Assembly (NCBI GenBank): GCA_034006945.1
Contig: JAVERV010000005.1
Coordinates: 52,244-116,243, forward strand
DNA from: Desulfobacterium sp.
GTDB lineage: Bacteria; Desulfobacterota; Desulfobacteria; Desulfobacterales; Desulfobacteraceae
Length of the DNA stretch: 64,000 nt
Direction of reading: 5' to 3'
How positions within the stretch are numbered: the stretch's first letter is position 1; every line of letters begins with the position of its first letter. Made by a program: the position numbers and the translations under genes. Below, piece after piece: positions 61,147 to 64,000 of the stretch. The notes under the pieces are model-generated. The model was not told where the DNA came from and ran no database searches. It saw only the letters and a list, made by a program, of their open reading frames with translations.

Positions 61147-63635
61147 AACAGCATTCCCTTGTATTAATATATCTGCTTTTACTCCTCTGTTCAGGGAGTG
61201 CCCTCTGTTTCTCCGCAACTCCCCATCCTGATTTTAATTCTGGTCCAGGGTATGCTTCAGGATCTGATTCTGCATCTGGCCCTGTCAATCCCCCCTGTAT
61301 TCGAGTAAAAAGCCTTGATATTACAGGCAACAAACACTTTTCAACCATGCGGCTCAAACTGAGGACCAAGCTCTGGTCATCCACCCTTCTCCCCTTTTCA
61401 ACTACTTGTCTCAACCTTGAGTGGCTCAAACTGGACAAGCAGAACCTTGTTTCGTTCTATCGGAAAAACGGGTTTGCAGATGTCGCTGTCACCCATGAAA
61501 TTGTGCCTGAAAAGGATGGAGCCACCCTTAACCTGATTGTAGATGAAGGATTTGAATACCGCCTTTCCATCGAGGGTTCCGATTTTTTTTATCCATGGCA
61601 GTTAAAGGGAGAGATACCCATCTTTGAACGGGGAAACCCGGGAGATTCAGCCCTGAGACGAGGGGTGATTAACATTCGCAAACGCTATGTGGACAAAGGA
61701 TTCAACAAGGTTCTTGTCACATTTACCAAACAAAAAAAGACGGAAAAGAACAAGGTTTTCTGGGATGTTGTTTACTCCATTCAAGAAAAACAGAGAACCC
61801 AGGTTGCATCTATTACCATTGAGGGCAACGAGAACATTGAAACCCAAAAGATCAGGGCTGAAATGGGGCTGTCTGAAAAGGGGTTGCTGAAAAACGACGG
61901 CTTTAATCAAAAGTTGCTGGACAATGATTTAAATGCCATCAGGCGTCTTTACCTATCAAGGGGGTTTACCCGGGCTGAAATAAAGGCCGAGAGTAAAGCT
62001 GAAATTAAACCAGAGAGTAGGGAAGGAGGCAGGAGAGAAGTTAAGCAAGATATCCAGGCAGCGCCCAGAACCGAGCAGAACGAGTCTGAGCCTGATCCTG
62101 AGACCATGCCTGAAACAAAACAGCCTTCAATCAAAGTACACATCACAATCCTTGTCAATGAACAGGCTCAAATGGTAGTACAAGGGGTCAGGATCAAAGG
62201 TGGTGAATCCCTTATTGATCAGAATGAAATAATAGAGACCCTTTCCCTGCGCCCCGGTGAACCATTCAGGCAATACATGATAAAGAGCGATGAAAACACC
62301 CTGGCGGCTGTTATTTCAAAAAAAGGGTACCCCCACGTCAAGGTTAAAGGGGAAAAAGCCGCCGGGGATGACGACGTTGCCGCCATGCTCTCCTATACCA
62401 TCGATCCAGGGCCTTTTGTCCGGGTGGGAAAAATCCATTACACGGGGAACACCAAACTGAAAAACAAGGTTATGGAGGATCTCCTTAAAATAGAAACCAA
62501 CGACCCTTTTTCACTCCAGGAGATCGTTGATGCCGAAAAGAGATTGAGATCCATCAGTGTCATCCAGTCGGTCAGAATTGAAGCAGGTGATCTAAAGGAA
62601 AAAAAGGCAACGGCCGACCTTGAAATAAACGTCAAGGAGCGAGACCCCTACTATGTGGAGGCAGCCTTTGGCCATGACACCCGGAGACTGCTTTATTTTA
62701 ACGCAGCAACCGGCAACAACAATACTTTCGGTCTGGACATCGACTCATGGATAAAGGCGGAGGTGAGCGGAATCGGGTTTGAAGGTGAAACCGGCATAAT
62801 GGATCCCTTTTTTCTCAAGACAGACATGACAGGTGCTCTGTCGCTTTTTGTTCAGAAACAGGAGGAGCTCAACAACGATTTTGGTATCGAGGCCTGGGGA
62901 GTCTCAGGCAACATAACAAAACCAGTACTGCCCCACCTCAATGCGGGACTGTCTTTAACCTATGAAAACCGTGCCAGGTATGGTGACGAAGAGAACTTCA
63001 ACCAATTAAATGACCCGGAAAAGACGTACAAGACCCGTAACATCCTCAAAACTTCCCTGGTTCTTGCCTATGATACCAGGGACTCTGCAATCCGACCAAC
63101 CACCGGTTTTTTTTCTTCACTGACAACGGATATTTACACGGGATTTGACACAGACCTTGATGATTTCATGAAGTATTCCCTGGATATCAGACGATATCTT
63201 ACCCCCATGGAAAGATTAACCTTTGCCCTTCGCACCAGGCTTGGATACATTCAGCCGTTCTCAGCAAGCAAAACCGTGGCAGAGGATCGTCTTTTCTTTA
63301 TAGGCGGAACATCGGATGTAAGGGGTTTCAAGGAGAACCTGCTTGCCCATGATCTTGAAATGAATCCGGTCGGGGGCATGTCCATTGTTGCGGCAAGTCT
63401 TGAGTCGCGAATTGCCCTGACCCAGAAGATGGAGTTGATTTTATTCCTGGACAGCGGCAGGCTTGGCGAAACAGGCGACGCTGCCGTTGAAAAGGGCTTC
63501 CGGTCATCCTTTGGCGGCGGATTGAGCTATGGAACGGTGGTGGGGCCCATCACCCTTGTCTACGGCCACAAACTCAACCCCGACGACCAGGAGAGTGCTG
63601 GTCGAATCCACTTTTCATTCGGGTACACATTCTAG
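61143..63635 (+). CDS. Omp85 family (TamA/BamA-like) outer-membrane protein
   Basis: Several POTRA domains (I.GN, Y...G[FY]), FFIGG.SDVRGF, C-terminal FSFGYTF. Confidence 0.9.
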   Translation: MKQHSLVLIYLLLLLCSGSALCFSATPHPDFNSGPGYASGSDSASGPVNPPCIRVKSLDITGNKHFSTMRLKLRTKLWSSTLLPFSTTCLNLEWLKLDKQNLVSFYRKNGFADVAVTHEIVPEKDGATLNLIVDEGFEYRLSIEGSDFFYPWQLKGEIPIFERGNPGDSALRRGVINIRKRYVDKGFNKVLVTFTKQKKTEKNKVFWDVVYSIQEKQRTQVASITIEGNENIETQKIRAEMGLSEKGLLKNDGFNQKLLDNDLNAIRRLYLSRGFTRAEIKAESKAEIKPESREGGRREVKQDIQAAPRTEQNESEPDPETMPETKQPSIKVHITILVNEQAQMVVQGVRIKGGESLIDQNEIIETLSLRPGEPFRQYMIKSDENTLAAVISKKGYPHVKVKGEKAAGDDDVAAMLSYTIDPGPFVRVGKIHYTGNTKLKNKVMEDLLKIETNDPFSLQEIVDAEKRLRSISVIQSVRIEAGDLKEKKATADLEINVKERDPYYVEAAFGHDTRRLLYFNAATGNNNTFGLDIDSWIKAEVSGIGFEGETGIMDPFFLKTDMTGALSLFVQKQEELNNDFGIEAWGVSGNITKPVLPHLNAGLSLTYENRARYGDEENFNQLNDPEKTYKTRNILKTSLVLAYDTRDSAIRPTTGFFSSLTTDIYTGFDTDLDDFMKYSLDIRRYLTPMERLTFALRTRLGYIQPFSASKTVAEDRLFFIGGTSDVRGFKENLLAHDLEMNPVGGMSIVAASLESRIALTQKMELILFLDSGRLGETGDAAVEKGFRSSFGGGLSYGTVVGPITLVYGHKLNPDDQESAGRIHFSFGYTF

Positions 63636-63652
63636 GATTATTTTAATTGTAC

Positions 63653-63877
63653 TTAAAGAACCGTTCGCAGGTATTGCTCCGACTCTATTACCTGTTCCAC
63701 ATCGGTATAATAATATCTGGTTGGATCAATCTCTGTTTTTTCCAGGAACAGTGACATGCGGTTCAGAATATCAAAGGAATCTGTAAGCAATGGAAGCAGA
63801 CCGTAAACAAATGCAAAGGCTATACTCAGTATTAAAATAAATTTTTTTGTTCGATAAAACAGGCTTTGTTCAAGCAT
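63653..63877 (-). CDS. Small membrane-anchored hypothetical protein (YYTDVE motif)
   Basis: 74 aa, one TM, AGGAG SD. Confidence 0.7.
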   Translation of the reverse strand: MLEQSLFYRTKKFILILSIAFAFVYGLLPLLTDSFDILNRMSLFLEKTEIDPTRYYYTDVEQVIESEQYLRTVL

Positions 63878-63893
63878 TATATCAGCTCCTTAT

Positions 63894-63927
63894 AAAAACG
63901 AGGCGGGAGGGCTGCTCCCGCCTCGTT
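63894..63927 (-). terminator. Intrinsic terminator for the minus-strand gene at the window edge
   Basis: AACGAGGCGGGAG / CTCCCGCCTCGTT 13-bp stem with a T-run on the minus strand. Confidence 0.8.
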
Positions 63928-63941
63928 GAATCAAAGCAGAA

Positions 63942-64000
63942 TTAAATCGTTGCTGTGATTTCCGGAAACACCAGGTAAAACATGATATACGCCATGATCA
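63942..64000 (-). CDS. 3' end of a membrane protein, possibly a putative sulfate exporter (YeiH/UPF0324 family); partial
   Basis: Minus frame ...IMAYIMFYLVFPEITATI*; family assignment is from recall of similar C-termini. Confidence 0.5.
   Translation of the reverse strand, partial: IMAYIMFYLVFPEITATI

Overview
Chromosomal window from a sulfate-reducing deltaproteobacterium, inferred to be Desulfobacteraceae-like from its Tmc, Rnf, CooT and TamAB content. It is mostly housekeeping and energy genes: cinA, rlmD, rnfCDGEAB, paaK plus an ACT protein, crotonase, amiC, mutS, rpoH, tRNA-Arg(TCT), xseAB-ispA-dxs-tlyA, an EF-G paralogue, purC, tmcDCBA with its two-component cluster, and tamB-tamA/bamA. 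An AT-rich accessory patch follows the tRNA (about 25.8-34.2 kb). It carries cspA, a YjjJ/HipH-like kinase toxin, GGDEF and hsdS remnants, an ILVBL/HACL2-like ThDP enzyme and an MCP. Signals beyond routine gene calls: (1) a 28-bp XerCD dif site at 35959-35986, marking the probable replication terminus; (2) a modular intergenic repeat family with a conserved structured head (AACC..stem..ACAACGAAGCATGAAACTC), swappable hairpin cargo and a closing GAGTTTCAT, present as a three-unit tandem array at 57-587 plus four dispersed copies, which is the best candidate for an undescribed system; (3) heptamer (C/T)AGTAG(A/G) repeats that begin at gene stop codons; (4) the EF-G paralogue has lost the catalytic His and the RGITI motif. 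All calls come from reading the sequence by eye; no searches were run.
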